Assembly (NCBI GenBank): GCA_050987995.1
Contig: CP158804.1
Coordinates: 1,030,412-1,094,411, forward strand
Direction: 5' to 3'
From: Ralstonia pickettii
GTDB lineage: Bacteria; Pseudomonadota; Gammaproteobacteria; Burkholderiales; Burkholderiaceae
DNA length: 64,000 nt
The notes beneath the pieces are model-generated. The model did not search any database. It worked only from the letters and a program-made list of their open reading frames with translations, and was not told the DNA's origin. The position numbers and the translations under genes are program-made. Positions 19,281-31,427 of this stretch are shown in pieces (the stretch's first letter is position 1; every line of letters starts with the position of its first letter).

Positions 19281-21872
19281 TTACACCGTCACGCCGTCGG
19301 CCACTTCCTTGAAGTCCTCGATCTGGTCGAAGTTCATGTACTTGTAGATCTTGTCGCCGTTGGCATTGAGCACGCCCATGTCGGCCATGTACTCTTCCTT
19401 GCTCGGGATGCGGCCCAGGCGCGAGCAGATCGCCGCCAGTTCAGCAGAACCCAGGTACACGTTGGTGTTCTTGCCCAGGCGGTTCGGGAAGTTACGGGTG
19501 CTGGTCGACATCACCGTGGCGCCTTCGCGCACCTGTGCCTGGTTGCCCATGCACAGCGAGCAGCCCGGCATTTCGGTGCGGGCACCGGCGGTGCCGAACA
19601 CGCCGTAGTGGCCTTCCTCGGTCAGTTGCTTCTGGTCCATCTTGGTCGGCGGAGCCACCCACAGCTTGACCGGGATATCGCGCTTGCCTTCCAGCAGCTT
19701 GGAAGCTGCACGGAAGTGGCCGATGTTGGTCATGCACGAACCGATAAACACTTCGTCGATCTTGGCGCCGGCCACGTCGGACAGCGTCTTGACATCGTCC
19801 GGGTCGTTCGGGCAGGCCACGATCGGCTCGTGCACGTCGGCCAGGTCGATCTCGATCACGGCGGCGTACTCGGCGTCGGCGTCCGGCTCCAGCAGCTTCG
19901 GATCGGCCAGCCAGGCTTCCATCCCCTTGATGCGGCGCTGCAGGCTGCGCGGGTCCTGGTAGCCCTGGGCGATCATCCACTTCAGCAGCGTGATGTTGCT
20001 GTTGATGTATTCGATGATCGGGTCCTTGTTCAGGCGCACCGTGCAACCGGCGGCCGAACGTTCTGCCGAAGCGTCCGACAGTTCAAACGCTTGCTCGACC
20101 TTCAGGTCGGGCAGGCCTTCGATTTCCAGGATGCGGCCCGAGAAGATGTTCGTCTTGCCTTGCTTGGCCACGGTCAGCAGGCCTTGCTTGATCGCGTACA
20201 GCGGGATCGCATTGACCAGGTCGCGCAGGGTCACGCCCGGCTGCATCTGGCCCTTGAAGCGGACCAGCACCGATTCCGGCATGTCCAGCGGCATCACGCC
20301 GGTGGCAGCGGCAAAGGCCACCAGGCCCGAACCGGCCGGGAAGCTGATGCCGATCGGGAAGCGGGTGTGCGAGTCGCCGCCGGTGCCGACGGTGTCGGGC
20401 AGCAGCATGCGGTTCAGCCACGAGTGGATCACGCCGTCGCCCGGGCGCAGCGAGATGCCACCGCGGGTGCTGATGAACTCAGGCAGCGTGTGGTGGGTCT
20501 TGACGTCGACCGGCTTCGGATACGCGGCGGTGTGGCAGAACGACTGCATCACCAGGTCGGCCGAAAAGCCCAGGCAAGCCAGGTCCTTCAGCTCGTCGCG
20601 CGTCATCGGGCCGGTGGTGTCCTGCGAGCCCACCGAGGTCATCTTCGGTTCGCAGTAGGTGCCCGGGCGGATGCCCTTGCCGTCGGCCAGGCCGCAGGCG
20701 CGGCCAACCATCTTCTGTGCCAGCGTGAAGCCCTTGCCGGTATCGGCCGGGTTCAGCGGCAGGCGGAACAGCGTCGACGGGGCCAGGCCCAGCGCTTCGC
20801 GCGCCTTGGCGGTCAGGCCACGACCGACGATCAACGGAATGCGGCCGCCGGCACGCACTTCGTCAAACAGCACGTCCGACTTGACCTTGAACTCGGCGAT
20901 CACTGCGCCGTCCTTCAGGGCCTTGCCTTCGTATGGGCGCAGCTCGACCACGTCGCCCATTTCCATCTTGGACACGTCCAGCTCGATCGGCAGTGCACCG
21001 GCGTCTTCCATGGTGTTGTAGAAGATCGGGGCGATCTTGTTGCCCAGGCACACGCCGCCGAAGCGCTTGTTCGGGATGAACGGGATGTCTTCGCCGGTGA
21101 ACCACAGTACCGAGTTGGTGGCGGACTTGCGGCTCGAGCCGGTACCGACCACGTCGCCCACATAGGCCACCAGGTGGCCCTTTTCCTTCAGCGATTCGAT
21201 GAACTTGACCGGGCCGCGCTTGCCGTCTTCTTCCGGCTGGAACGCAGCGCCGTCGCGCTTGTTCTTCAGCATGGCCAGCGCGTGCATCGGGATGTCCGGG
21301 CGGGTGGTGGCGTCCGGGGCCGGCGAAAGGTCGTCGGTGTTGGTTTCGCCCGGCACCTTGAACACGGTGATGGTCAGGCTTTGCGGCACTTCCGGACGGC
21401 TGGTGAACCACTCGGCGTCGGCCCAGCTTTGCAGCACGGCCTTGGCGTTGGCGTTGCCCTTGTCGGCCTTTTCCTTCACGTCGTGGAAGGCGTCGAACAT
21501 CAGCAGGGTCTTCTTCAGCGCCCCGGCGGCGACGGTGCCGACTTCGGCGTCGTCCAGCAGCTCGATCAGCGGCGAGATGTTGTAGCCGCCCAGCATGGTG
21601 CCGAGCAGTTCGGTCGCCTTGGCGCGGGTGATCAGGGCGCACTTTTCCTTGCCCAGGGCGACGGCGGCCAGGTACGAGGCCTTGACCTTGGCGGCGTCGT
21701 CCACGCCGGCGGGGACGCGGTTGGTGATCAGTTCGACCAGGTTCTGCTCTTCACCGGCAGGCGGGTTCTTCAGCAGTTCGATCAGCTCGGCCGTCTGCTT
21801 GGCGGTCAGGGGCAGAGGGGGGATACCAAGCGCGGCGCGCTCGGCCACATGTGCGCGATAGTTTTCAAGCAT
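19281..21872 (-). CDS. acnB: Aconitate hydratase B (bifunctional aconitase 2 / 2-methylisocitrate dehydratase)
   Basis: 863 aa. N-terminus [26 protein letters not shown]… and full-length collinearity with AcnB. Confidence 0.95.
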   Translation of the reverse strand: MLENYRAHVAERAALGIPPLPLTAKQTAELIELLKNPPAGEEQNLVELITNRVPAGVDDAAKVKASYLAAVALGKEKCALITRAKATELLGTMLGGYNISPLIELLDDAEVGTVAAGALKKTLLMFDAFHDVKEKADKGNANAKAVLQSWADAEWFTSRPEVPQSLTITVFKVPGETNTDDLSPAPDATTRPDIPMHALAMLKNKRDGAAFQPEEDGKRGPVKFIESLKEKGHLVAYVGDVVGTGSSRKSATNSVLWFTGEDIPFIPNKRFGGVCLGNKIAPIFYNTMEDAGALPIELDVSKMEMGDVVELRPYEGKALKDGAVIAEFKVKSDVLFDEVRAGGRIPLIVGRGLTAKAREALGLAPSTLFRLPLNPADTGKGFTLAQKMVGRACGLADGKGIRPGTYCEPKMTSVGSQDTTGPMTRDELKDLACLGFSADLVMQSFCHTAAYPKPVDVKTHHTLPEFISTRGGISLRPGDGVIHSWLNRMLLPDTVGTGGDSHTRFPIGISFPAGSGLVAFAAATGVMPLDMPESVLVRFKGQMQPGVTLRDLVNAIPLYAIKQGLLTVAKQGKTNIFSGRILEIEGLPDLKVEQAFELSDASAERSAAGCTVRLNKDPIIEYINSNITLLKWMIAQGYQDPRSLQRRIKGMEAWLADPKLLEPDADAEYAAVIEIDLADVHEPIVACPNDPDDVKTLSDVAGAKIDEVFIGSCMTNIGHFRAASKLLEGKRDIPVKLWVAPPTKMDQKQLTEEGHYGVFGTAGARTEMPGCSLCMGNQAQVREGATVMSTSTRNFPNRLGKNTNVYLGSAELAAICSRLGRIPSKEEYMADMGVLNANGDKIYKYMNFDQIEDFKEVADGVTV

Positions 21873-22359
21873 GGGAACCTGCTGAGTAATTAGGTTTAGA
21901 AAATCTCGTTACGTCGCGATTGTAGTCCGAAGCCGACCTCAGGTCAAATGTCTTATATCTTATATAAGAGTAAAAATCAGAAAAGCACGACAGATCAAAG
22001 ACTTGCATCGAACAGGTCATGCAGGCTTGCATAAAGGACTACCCGAGTAGCGTAGTAGGGAATGCCGGAGGGGCACACGATCCCGCGGCAAGGACCTCGC
22101 CCGGAGCGCACCCCACAGGGCCTCCACATCAGGCCCCGAAGATCCCCGAATCGCCCGGAAAGCTACGCCAGCACTCAAGTTCGCCCCGCGCCAAGCGTTA
22201 ACCAGCCTGCAGGCGCGCACCACGAAGCGCCCGCTGGCGTAGCCATGCCTGCCCCCTTTCCGCTCAAACGGCCAAGCTGAAAGGGTTTCCCCCTTTTTTT
22301 CGGCCCTTTGCTGGCCTGCGATTCCGGAAGAATGGCAGGCATTCCGATACAGGCTTCTC

Positions 22360-22854
22360 ATGGCGAACACGGCTTCCCCTTCCCCGACTGGCAGCAACTC
22401 AGGCAAGCGCGGTCGGCTGCTGCTGATCGGCGGCGGCGTGCTTGTCGTGGCACTGGGCGCCGGAGGGTTCGTGCTTGGCAGCGTGCTGAGCAATCGCCAG
22501 CCCGCCGCAGCCGCCGCACCGGCCGCACCGGTTATCCCGCCGCCGATCTTCGTGCCGCTCGATGCGTTCACCGTCAACCTCAAGAGCGAGGACGGCGACC
22601 GCTTCCTGCACACTGGCCTGTCGCTGAAGGTGGCCGATGCCGAGACCCAGGCCCGCCTGGCCCAGTACCTGCCGGAGGCCCGCAGCCGCATCCTGCTGCT
22701 GCTGTCGGCAAAGCAGCCGGCCGAACTGGCCACGGTCGAAGGCAAACGCAAGCTCGCCGCCGATATCCGCGACACCATCAGCAAGCCGTTCGCCAACGGC
22801 CTGCCGGCCCAGCGCGTGCTGGATGTGTTGTTCACCTCTTTCGTGGTGCAGTAA
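22360..22854 (+). CDS. fliL: Flagellar basal-body-associated protein FliL
   Basis: 164 aa. N-terminal TM segment, then …PIFVPLDAFTVNLKSEDGDRFLHTGLSLKV…. Confidence 0.85.
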   Translation: MANTASPSPTGSNSGKRGRLLLIGGGVLVVALGAGGFVLGSVLSNRQPAAAAAPAAPVIPPPIFVPLDAFTVNLKSEDGDRFLHTGLSLKVADAETQARLAQYLPEARSRILLLLSAKQPAELATVEGKRKLAADIRDTISKPFANGLPAQRVLDVLFTSFVVQ

Positions 22855-22913
22855 GCGCAAGCCAGGGCAGCACCGGTTTCATCCATAACGCCGCACAAGG
22901 GGCAGGACACTAG

Positions 22914-23933
22914 ATGGCCTACGACAAGTTCCTCTCGCAAGACGAGGTAGACGAGCTGCTCAAGGGCGTATCCGGCGAGGCCGATACGCCCAAGGCCAGC
23001 GAGCCTGCGCTCGATGAGGGCGCGGTGCGCCCTTACAACCTGGCGACGCAGGAACGCATCATCCGCGGCCGCCTGCACACGCTGGAAATCATCAACGAGC
23101 GCTTTGCGCGCTCGATGCGCACGGCGCTGTTCAATTTCATCCGCCGCGGCGCGGACATCACCGTGGGCAGCATCAGGATCGAGAAGTTCGGCGACTTCGC
23201 GCGCAACCTGCCGATGCCGACCAACCTGAACCTGGTCCACCTCAAGCCGCTGCGCGGCACGGCGCTCTTCGTCTATGACCCGAACCTGGTGTTCCTGGTC
23301 GTGGACAACCTGTTCGGCGGCGACGGCCGCTTCCACACCCGCGTGGAAGGGCGCGACTTCACCCAGACCGAGCAGCGCATCATCCAGCGCATGCTGGAGC
23401 TGACGCTGACCAGCTACGGCAACGCCTGGCGCACAGTACACCCGATCGAGACCGAGTACATCCGCTCGGAGATGCATCCCAAGTTTGCCAACGTCGCCAC
23501 GCACAACGAGGCCGTGGTGACTACCGCCTTCCATATCGAACTGGGCGCCGTCGGCGGGCAGCTCCATGTGTGCCTGCCCTACGCGATGATCGAGCCGCTC
23601 AAGGACCTGCTGATGAATCCGCTGCAGGACGAGAAGGAAGTCGACAAGGGCTGGGTCAACCAGCTGTCAACGCAGCTGCGCGCGGCCGAAGTGGAGCTGG
23701 TGGCCGAGTTCGCGCACCTGCAGAGCACCGTGGCCGAAGTGCTGGCGATGCGCGCCGGCGACGTGCTGCCGATCGAGCTGCCGGAGAAGGTCTTCGGCAA
23801 GGTGGACGGCGTGCCCGTGATGCAGTGCGGCTTCGGCACCATGAATGGCCAGTACGCGCTGCGGGTAGAACGAATGATCAATCACCAGGACGGCGATTCC
23901 CACCTGGACATTAAGGACACCGATTATGAGTGA
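22914..23933 (+). CDS. fliM: Flagellar motor switch protein FliM
   Basis: MAYDKFLSQDEVDELL is the CheY-P binding N-terminus. Middle and C-terminal SpoA domains follow. Confidence 0.95.
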   Translation: MAYDKFLSQDEVDELLKGVSGEADTPKASEPALDEGAVRPYNLATQERIIRGRLHTLEIINERFARSMRTALFNFIRRGADITVGSIRIEKFGDFARNLPMPTNLNLVHLKPLRGTALFVYDPNLVFLVVDNLFGGDGRFHTRVEGRDFTQTEQRIIQRMLELTLTSYGNAWRTVHPIETEYIRSEMHPKFANVATHNEAVVTTAFHIELGAVGGQLHVCLPYAMIEPLKDLLMNPLQDEKEVDKGWVNQLSTQLRAAEVELVAEFAHLQSTVAEVLAMRAGDVLPIELPEKVFGKVDGVPVMQCGFGTMNGQYALRVERMINHQDGDSHLDIKDTDYE

Positions 23934-24372
23934 GGGCATCCAGGACAAGCCGGTCGATCCGATGGACGACTGGGCCAGCGCACTGGCGGAACAGACCAGC
24001 GCCACACCTGCCGAGGTCCCCGCGGCCGCTCCGATGGCAGCACCCGCGGCCACCCCCGCCGCCGCCACCGTCTTCCAGCCGCTGGCCAGGGAAGCGCCGA
24101 GCGGTTTCCACAACGATATCGAGATGATCCTCGATATCCCGGTACAACTGACGGTGGAACTGGGCCGCACCAAGGTGCCCATCAAGAACCTGCTGCAACT
24201 GGCGCAGGGCTCGGTGGTGGAACTGGACGGGCTGGCGGGCGAGCCGATGGACGTGCTGGTCAACGGCTACCTGATCGCGCAAGGCGAGGTGGTGGTGGTG
24301 AACGACAAGTTCGGCATCCGCCTGACGGACATCATCACGCCGTCCGAACGCATCCGCAAGCTGAACAAATGA
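23926..24372 (+). CDS. fliN: Flagellar motor switch protein FliN
   Basis: C-terminal SpoA domain …[29 protein letters not shown]… There is a 4-nt overlap with fliM. Confidence 0.95.
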   Translation: MSEGIQDKPVDPMDDWASALAEQTSATPAEVPAAAPMAAPAATPAAATVFQPLAREAPSGFHNDIEMILDIPVQLTVELGRTKVPIKNLLQLAQGSVVELDGLAGEPMDVLVNGYLIAQGEVVVVNDKFGIRLTDIITPSERIRKLNK

Positions 24373-24878
24373 CGATGTTGAAGCGTCCCGTGCGTGGCGC
24401 CGCCCCGGCCAAGCGGTCGCGGGCGGCATGCGCGAGCCTGGCCGTGGTTGCGGCCATGCCTGCCGCCGCCCTGGCCGCTCCGGCCTCGGAAAGCGCGCAC
24501 GCCCCCGCTGTCAGCGGCGCGGCCAGCCTGGCGCAGGCCGGGCTCGGCCTCTTTGCCGTGATCGCGCTGATCCTCGGCATGGCGTGGGTGGCCCGGCGTG
24601 CCGGGCTGGTGCGCCAGGCCACCGGCGGCGTGATGAAGGTGGTCGGCAGCACCATGCTCGGCGCGCGCCAGCGGCTGGTGCTGGTCGAGGTGGGCGACAC
24701 CTGGCTGGTACTGGGCGTGAGCCCCGGCGAAGTCCGTCCGCTGCACAGCATGCCGGCCGGCAGCATCTCTGCCAACACCATGACCGCAGCGGGCACCACC
24801 GTAGCGCCGCAACCGCCGACCGGCGGCAGCTTTGCAGAAAGGCTGCTGCGTTCGATGCAGGACCAATTCAAGCAATGA
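24369..24878 (+). CDS. fliO: Flagellar biosynthesis protein FliO
   Basis: Single TM ([17 protein letters not shown]) with FliO-like topology. ATGA overlaps with both fliN and fliP. Confidence 0.8.
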   Translation: MTMLKRPVRGAAPAKRSRAACASLAVVAAMPAAALAAPASESAHAPAVSGAASLAQAGLGLFAVIALILGMAWVARRAGLVRQATGGVMKVVGSTMLGARQRLVLVEVGDTWLVLGVSPGEVRPLHSMPAGSISANTMTAAGTTVAPQPPTGGSFAERLLRSMQDQFKQ

Positions 24879-25696
24879 CTCCCCCGCATGCCGCGCTGCG
24901 GTGCCATGGATGGCCCGCGCGCATCGCCACGGCCGCGCGCAGCTTCCCGATGCTTTCCCTGCTGGCGCTGATGCTGGCCATCGCCGTGCTGGCTTTGTCG
25001 CCGGTGCCCGCGTGGGCCCAGGCGATTCCGGGTGTCGTCAGCAAGCCGGCCCCCGGCGGCGGCCAGATCTGGTCGCTGCCGATACAGACGCTGGTGCTGC
25101 TGACCTCGCTGTCGTTCCTGCCGGCGGCGATGCTGATGATGACCGGCTTCACCCGCATCATCATCGTGCTGGGCCTGCTGCGCAACGCGCTCGGCACCGC
25201 CACCTCGCCGCCCAACCAGGTGCTGGTGGGGCTGTCGCTGTTCCTGACCTTCTTCGTGATGTCGCCGGTATTCGACCGCGTCTACAACGACGCCTACAAG
25301 CCGCTGTCGGAGAACAAGATCAGCCTGGAGGCCGCCGCCTCCAAGGCCGCCGAGCCGCTCAAGGCCTTCATGCTGCGCCAGACCCGCGAGAAGGACCTGG
25401 CGATGTTCGCGCAGATGGCCAAGGCGCCCGAGATGCAGGGCCCGGAGGAAGTGCCGCTCAGCATCCTGGTGCCCGCTTTCGTCACCAGCGAACTGAAGAC
25501 CGCGTTCCAGATCGGCTTCACCATCTTTATCCCGTTCCTGATCATCGACCTGGTGGTTGCCAGCGTGCTGATGGCGATGGGCATGATGATGGTGCCGCCG
25601 GCCACCATCTCGCTGCCGTTCAAGCTGATGCTGTTCGTGCTGGTGGATGGCTGGCAGCTGCTGCTGGGATCGCTGGCGCAGAGCTTCATGAACTGA
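24875..25696 (+). CDS. fliP: Flagellar export apparatus protein FliP
   Basis: From the ATG at 24875: signal peptide, then …[16 protein letters not shown]…[16 protein letters not shown]… The ORF-track entries 24428-25696 and 24832-25998 are run-on frames that contain it. Confidence 0.9.
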   Translation: MTPPHAALRCHGWPARIATAARSFPMLSLLALMLAIAVLALSPVPAWAQAIPGVVSKPAPGGGQIWSLPIQTLVLLTSLSFLPAAMLMMTGFTRIIIVLGLLRNALGTATSPPNQVLVGLSLFLTFFVMSPVFDRVYNDAYKPLSENKISLEAAASKAAEPLKAFMLRQTREKDLAMFAQMAKAPEMQGPEEVPLSILVPAFVTSELKTAFQIGFTIFIPFLIIDLVVASVLMAMGMMMVPPATISLPFKLMLFVLVDGWQLLLGSLAQSFMN

Positions 25697-25728
25697 GGCG
25701 GCCTGCCTCACCCTCCATAACCCGAGCC

Positions 25729-25998
25729 ATGACACCGGAAACCGTAATGACCATCGCCACCCAGGCGATGAAGATGACGCTGCTGCTGGCTGCCCCACTG
25801 CTGCTGGTGGCGCTGGCCGCCGGCCTGGTGGTGAGCCTGTTCCAGGCCGCGACCCAGATCAACGAAATGACGCTGACCTTCATCCCCAAGCTGATCGCGC
25901 TGTTCGCCACCATGGTGCTGGCCGGTCCGTGGATGATCAACACCATGGTCGACTATATGCGCGAGGTGTTTCAGAGCATTCCCGCGCTGGCGCACTGA
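25729..25998 (+). CDS. fliQ: Flagellar export apparatus protein FliQ
   Basis: 89 aa: MTPETVMTIATQAMKMTLLLAAPLLLVALAAGLVVSLFQAATQINEMTLTFIPK…. Confidence 0.9.
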   Translation: MTPETVMTIATQAMKMTLLLAAPLLLVALAAGLVVSLFQAATQINEMTLTFIPKLIALFATMVLAGPWMINTMVDYMREVFQSIPALAH

Positions 25999-26052
25999 CG
26001 CCGGCTTGTCGTACCGCGCTGCCCTCTCCTTCCCGCTCCCGCACAGCCCGCC

Positions 26053-26838
26053 GTGATCGAAGTCACCTCAGCCCAGCTATACGGCTGGCTCGCGGCGTTC
26101 CTGTGGCCTTTCTTCCGCATCCTGGCGCTGATCGGCACCGCGCCGCTGTTCGGTGAATCCACCATCCCGCGCCGCGTCAAGATCGCGCTGTCGGCGATGA
26201 TCGCGATGGTGGTTTCGCCCACCATCGCGCAGGTGCCGGTGGTGCCGATGTACTCCTACGGCGGGCTGGTGATCATCCTCAATGAGGTCGGTATCGGCCT
26301 GGCCACCGGCTTTGTCATGCGGCTGGTCTTCGCCACCGTGCAGCAGGCCGGCGAAATCATCGGCCTGCAGATGGGCCTCTCGTTCGCCTCGTTCTTCGAC
26401 CGCGCCGCCGGCGGCCAGACCATGGTGCTGTCGCGCTTTCTCAATATCATCGCGGTGCTGCTGTTCCTGTCGCTCGATGGCCATCTGCTGATGCTCGGCA
26501 CGCTGGTCGACAGCTTCAACGGCCTGCCCATCGGTGGCACGCCGCTGTCCGCCGACGGCGCCATGGCGGTGGCCCGCGCCGGCGGCATGGTGTTCGCCTC
26601 CGGGCTGCTGCTGGCGCTGCCGATGATCGCCGCGCTGCTGACGCTGAACCTGGCCATGGGCATCCTGAACCGCGCCTCGCCGCAGTTGTCGATCTTCGCG
26701 GTGGGCTTCCCGGTCACGCTGTCCGGCGGGCTGCTGGTGCTGATGCTGGTGATGCCGCAGATGGGCACCTATATGCAGCATATGATCGAGGCGGGGCTGG
26801 AGGCGATCGGGTCGGTGCTGGGGCAGTTCGGGCGCTAG
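26053..26838 (+). CDS. fliR: Flagellar export apparatus protein FliR
   Basis: 261-aa polytopic membrane protein with typical FliR motifs. Confidence 0.9.
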   Translation: MIEVTSAQLYGWLAAFLWPFFRILALIGTAPLFGESTIPRRVKIALSAMIAMVVSPTIAQVPVVPMYSYGGLVIILNEVGIGLATGFVMRLVFATVQQAGEIIGLQMGLSFASFFDRAAGGQTMVLSRFLNIIAVLLFLSLDGHLLMLGTLVDSFNGLPIGGTPLSADGAMAVARAGGMVFASGLLLALPMIAALLTLNLAMGILNRASPQLSIFAVGFPVTLSGGLLVLMLVMPQMGTYMQHMIEAGLEAIGSVLGQFGR

Positions 26839-26857
26839 CGCGCCTGAGCGGGAATAC

Positions 26858-28087
<1,230 letters not shown>

Positions 28088-28163
28088 GGTCGCCCCTGGC
28101 TCTGTCGTCGCGGACTGCACGTTAGACGGCCAGTGCCAGCCAAGGATTCCCCTGCAGGAGGCC

Positions 28164-29129
28164 TTATCCCAGCAAGAAGCTGGCAAAAGCGCCCAGGTCG
28201 ACATTGCCCCCGGATACGATGATGCCCACGCGCTTGCCCTTCACATCGAGCTTGCCCTGCAGCACCGCGGCGGCGGCCAGGCAGCCGGTAGGCTCGACTA
28301 CGATCTTCATGCGGCCGGCAAAGAACTTCATGGTTTCGACCAGCTCCGCATCCGACACGGTGACGATATCCGTCACCAGTTCGCGGATCACGGCAAAGGT
28401 GTGGTTGCCCAGGAACGGCGTCTGCGCGCCATCGGCGATGGTGCGCGGGGTGTCGATGCGCACGATTTCGCCGCTGCGCAGGCTTTGCTGGCCGTCGTTA
28501 CCGGCCTCCGGCTCCACGCCGTAGACCGCGCAGCCAGGCGCCATCGCCTTCGCCGCGACCGCACAGCCCGACAGCAGCCCGCCGCCGCCCAGGCATACCA
28601 CCAGCATGTCGAGCGGACCGGTTTCCTCCAGCAATTCCTTGGCCGCCGTGCCCTGCCCGGCCATCACATGCGGATGGTCGTACGGCGGGATCAGCGTCAT
28701 GCCGCGCTCTGCGGCAATGCTCCGCCCCAGCGCCTCGCGGTCATCCTTGTAGCGGTCGAACAGTACCACCTCGGCACCATAGCCGCGCGTGGCCTCGATC
28801 TTGATCGCGGGGGCGTCCTGCGGCATCACGATCACGGCCTGCACGCCCAGCAGCCGCGCCGACAGCGCAATCGCCTGCGCATGGTTGCCCGAGGAGAACG
28901 CCAGCACACCGCCCGCCTTCTGCTGCGGTGTGAACTGGGCGATGGCGTTGTAGGCGCCGCGGAACTTGAAGGCGCCGATGCGCTGGAAGTTCTCGCACTT
29001 GAAGAAGAGTTGCGCCCCGGTGGCGGCGTCGGCGGTCGAGGAAGTCAGCACCGGGGTGCGGTGCGCGGCGTCGCGGATGCGGTCGTGGGCGGCGGCTACG
29101 TCGTTGAAGGTGATGGGCAAGGTGGTCAT
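28164..29129 (-). CDS. PLP-dependent threonine/serine dehydratase family protein (fold type II)
   Basis: From the ATG at 29129 (MTTLPITFNDVAAAHDRI…). PLP-lysine motif …CENFQRIGAFKFRGA…, then GNHAQAIA, and the glycine loop …VCLGGGGLLSG…. Confidence 0.8.
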   Translation of the reverse strand: MTTLPITFNDVAAAHDRIRDAAHRTPVLTSSTADAATGAQLFFKCENFQRIGAFKFRGAYNAIAQFTPQQKAGGVLAFSSGNHAQAIALSARLLGVQAVIVMPQDAPAIKIEATRGYGAEVVLFDRYKDDREALGRSIAAERGMTLIPPYDHPHVMAGQGTAAKELLEETGPLDMLVVCLGGGGLLSGCAVAAKAMAPGCAVYGVEPEAGNDGQQSLRSGEIVRIDTPRTIADGAQTPFLGNHTFAVIRELVTDIVTVSDAELVETMKFFAGRMKIVVEPTGCLAAAAVLQGKLDVKGKRVGIIVSGGNVDLGAFASFLLG

Positions 29130-29167
29130 GGCAGCATGGATGGCGGTTGACGCGGGGACGGGCCAGT

Positions 29168-30778
<1,611 letters not shown>

Positions 30779-30915
30779 GTCTATCTGTCTGGATAAATGA
30801 CGCGATAATCGTATCAGAATTTCGTGCGGCCGGGCGACGTACCCATGCACGATTCAGACATAACTTCCTTTTATTTCAAGCACTTAAGCGCTGTAGCCAG
30901 CTATGCGTCACCTGC

Positions 30916-30931
30916 TGGCACGCTCTTCGCA
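30916..30931 (+). promoter_or_regulatory. Sigma54 (-24/-12) promoter divergent from rtcR
   Basis: TGGCACGCTCTTCGCA has GG at 30917-30918 and GC at 30929-30930 (GG-N10-GC spacing), with one mismatch to TTGCA in the -12 element. Predicted TSS is about 30943. A possible IHF-like TTTCAAgcacTTA lies about 25 nt upstream. Confidence 0.55.
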
Positions 30932-31039
30932 ATATCCCTGCAGCCGGATGTCCCTCTGGCCCGCGAGCCAGGGTTCGAAACGCCCTGCTGGTGCGCCGCC
31001 GCCGAACCTGTGTTCGTCGCGACGGCGTATGCCGCCATG

Positions 31040-31205
31040 GACAGATGAAGGCGATTGGGGTGCGCGTGGTGTCTCGCCCGGGTTCGACTCCCGGGGCATC
31101 CCACACCGTTCGGTAGCTCATTGGGTAGAGCAGTCGGCTTCGGCCGACGTGTAGCGGGTTCGAATCCCGTTCGAACACTGTCCTGGTAAGACAGTTCTGT
31201 CGTGA
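31040..31205 (+). ncRNA. tRNA-like non-coding RNA (Y RNA-like / YrlA-type tRNA mimic) in the leader of the RtcR-controlled operon
   Basis: Core module 31107-31178:
- acceptor-like stem CGTTCGG/TCGAACA (6 of 7 pairs)
- D-arm GCTC-ATTGGGTA-GAGC
- the anticodon arm is replaced by a 6-bp hairpin capped with a UUCG tetraloop (GTCGGC-TTCG-GCCGAC)
- 5-nt variable loop
- canonical T-arm GCGGG-TTCGAAT-CCCGT
There is no anticodon and no encoded CCA. Further T-arm-like hairpins carrying GGTTCGA lie at 30968-30987 and 31077-31095. Confidence 0.5.
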
Positions 31206-31427
31206 AAGCAGTACCCGCCGGTGCGGGCAACGGTGGCGAAACGCCGATGCGTGGAGGCACCGAAGCCCGCCGCGCGCCGGGCCGGTCACGGTGCCGCGCG
31301 AACGGCCGGGAAGCCAGAGGGGGCCTTGCAGCAGTCCGCAACCCAACGGCGAACCCGCCCGTCCGCGTCGCGCCGCGATCCGCCCGGCGCGCGTACCCGG
31401 CGGTCATCGAAGAAGAAGGAAAAGAAA

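Noticed and set aside
22200-22359. Sigma28 (FliA) class-3 promoter upstream of fliL
   Set aside because: Only a partial match (tCCGATAc) was found, with no acceptable TAAA -35 element at the right spacing. It is not reportable.
24428-25998. Two long plus-strand ORFs (24428-25696 and 24832-25998) that could be read as single large proteins
   Set aside because: They are run-on frames. The recognisable FliP and FliQ sequences begin at internal ATGs (24875 and 25729), each with a coupled start/stop arrangement to the upstream gene.
28088-28163. Independent sigma54 promoter for rtcB paralog 1
   Set aside because: I searched the minus-strand sequence of the gap for GG-N10-GC with TGGCAC / TTGC context. 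Only a TGGCAC without a correctly spaced -12 GC was found.
31107-31178. The cloverleaf element could be a genuine tRNA gene (tRNA-Arg TCG reading)
   Set aside because: The 'anticodon arm' is a 6-bp stem with a 4-nt UUCG loop (16 nt, not 5+7+5). No valid 7-nt anticodon loop exists, position 1:72 is mismatched, and there is no CCA. It is therefore a tRNA mimic and not a decoding tRNA.
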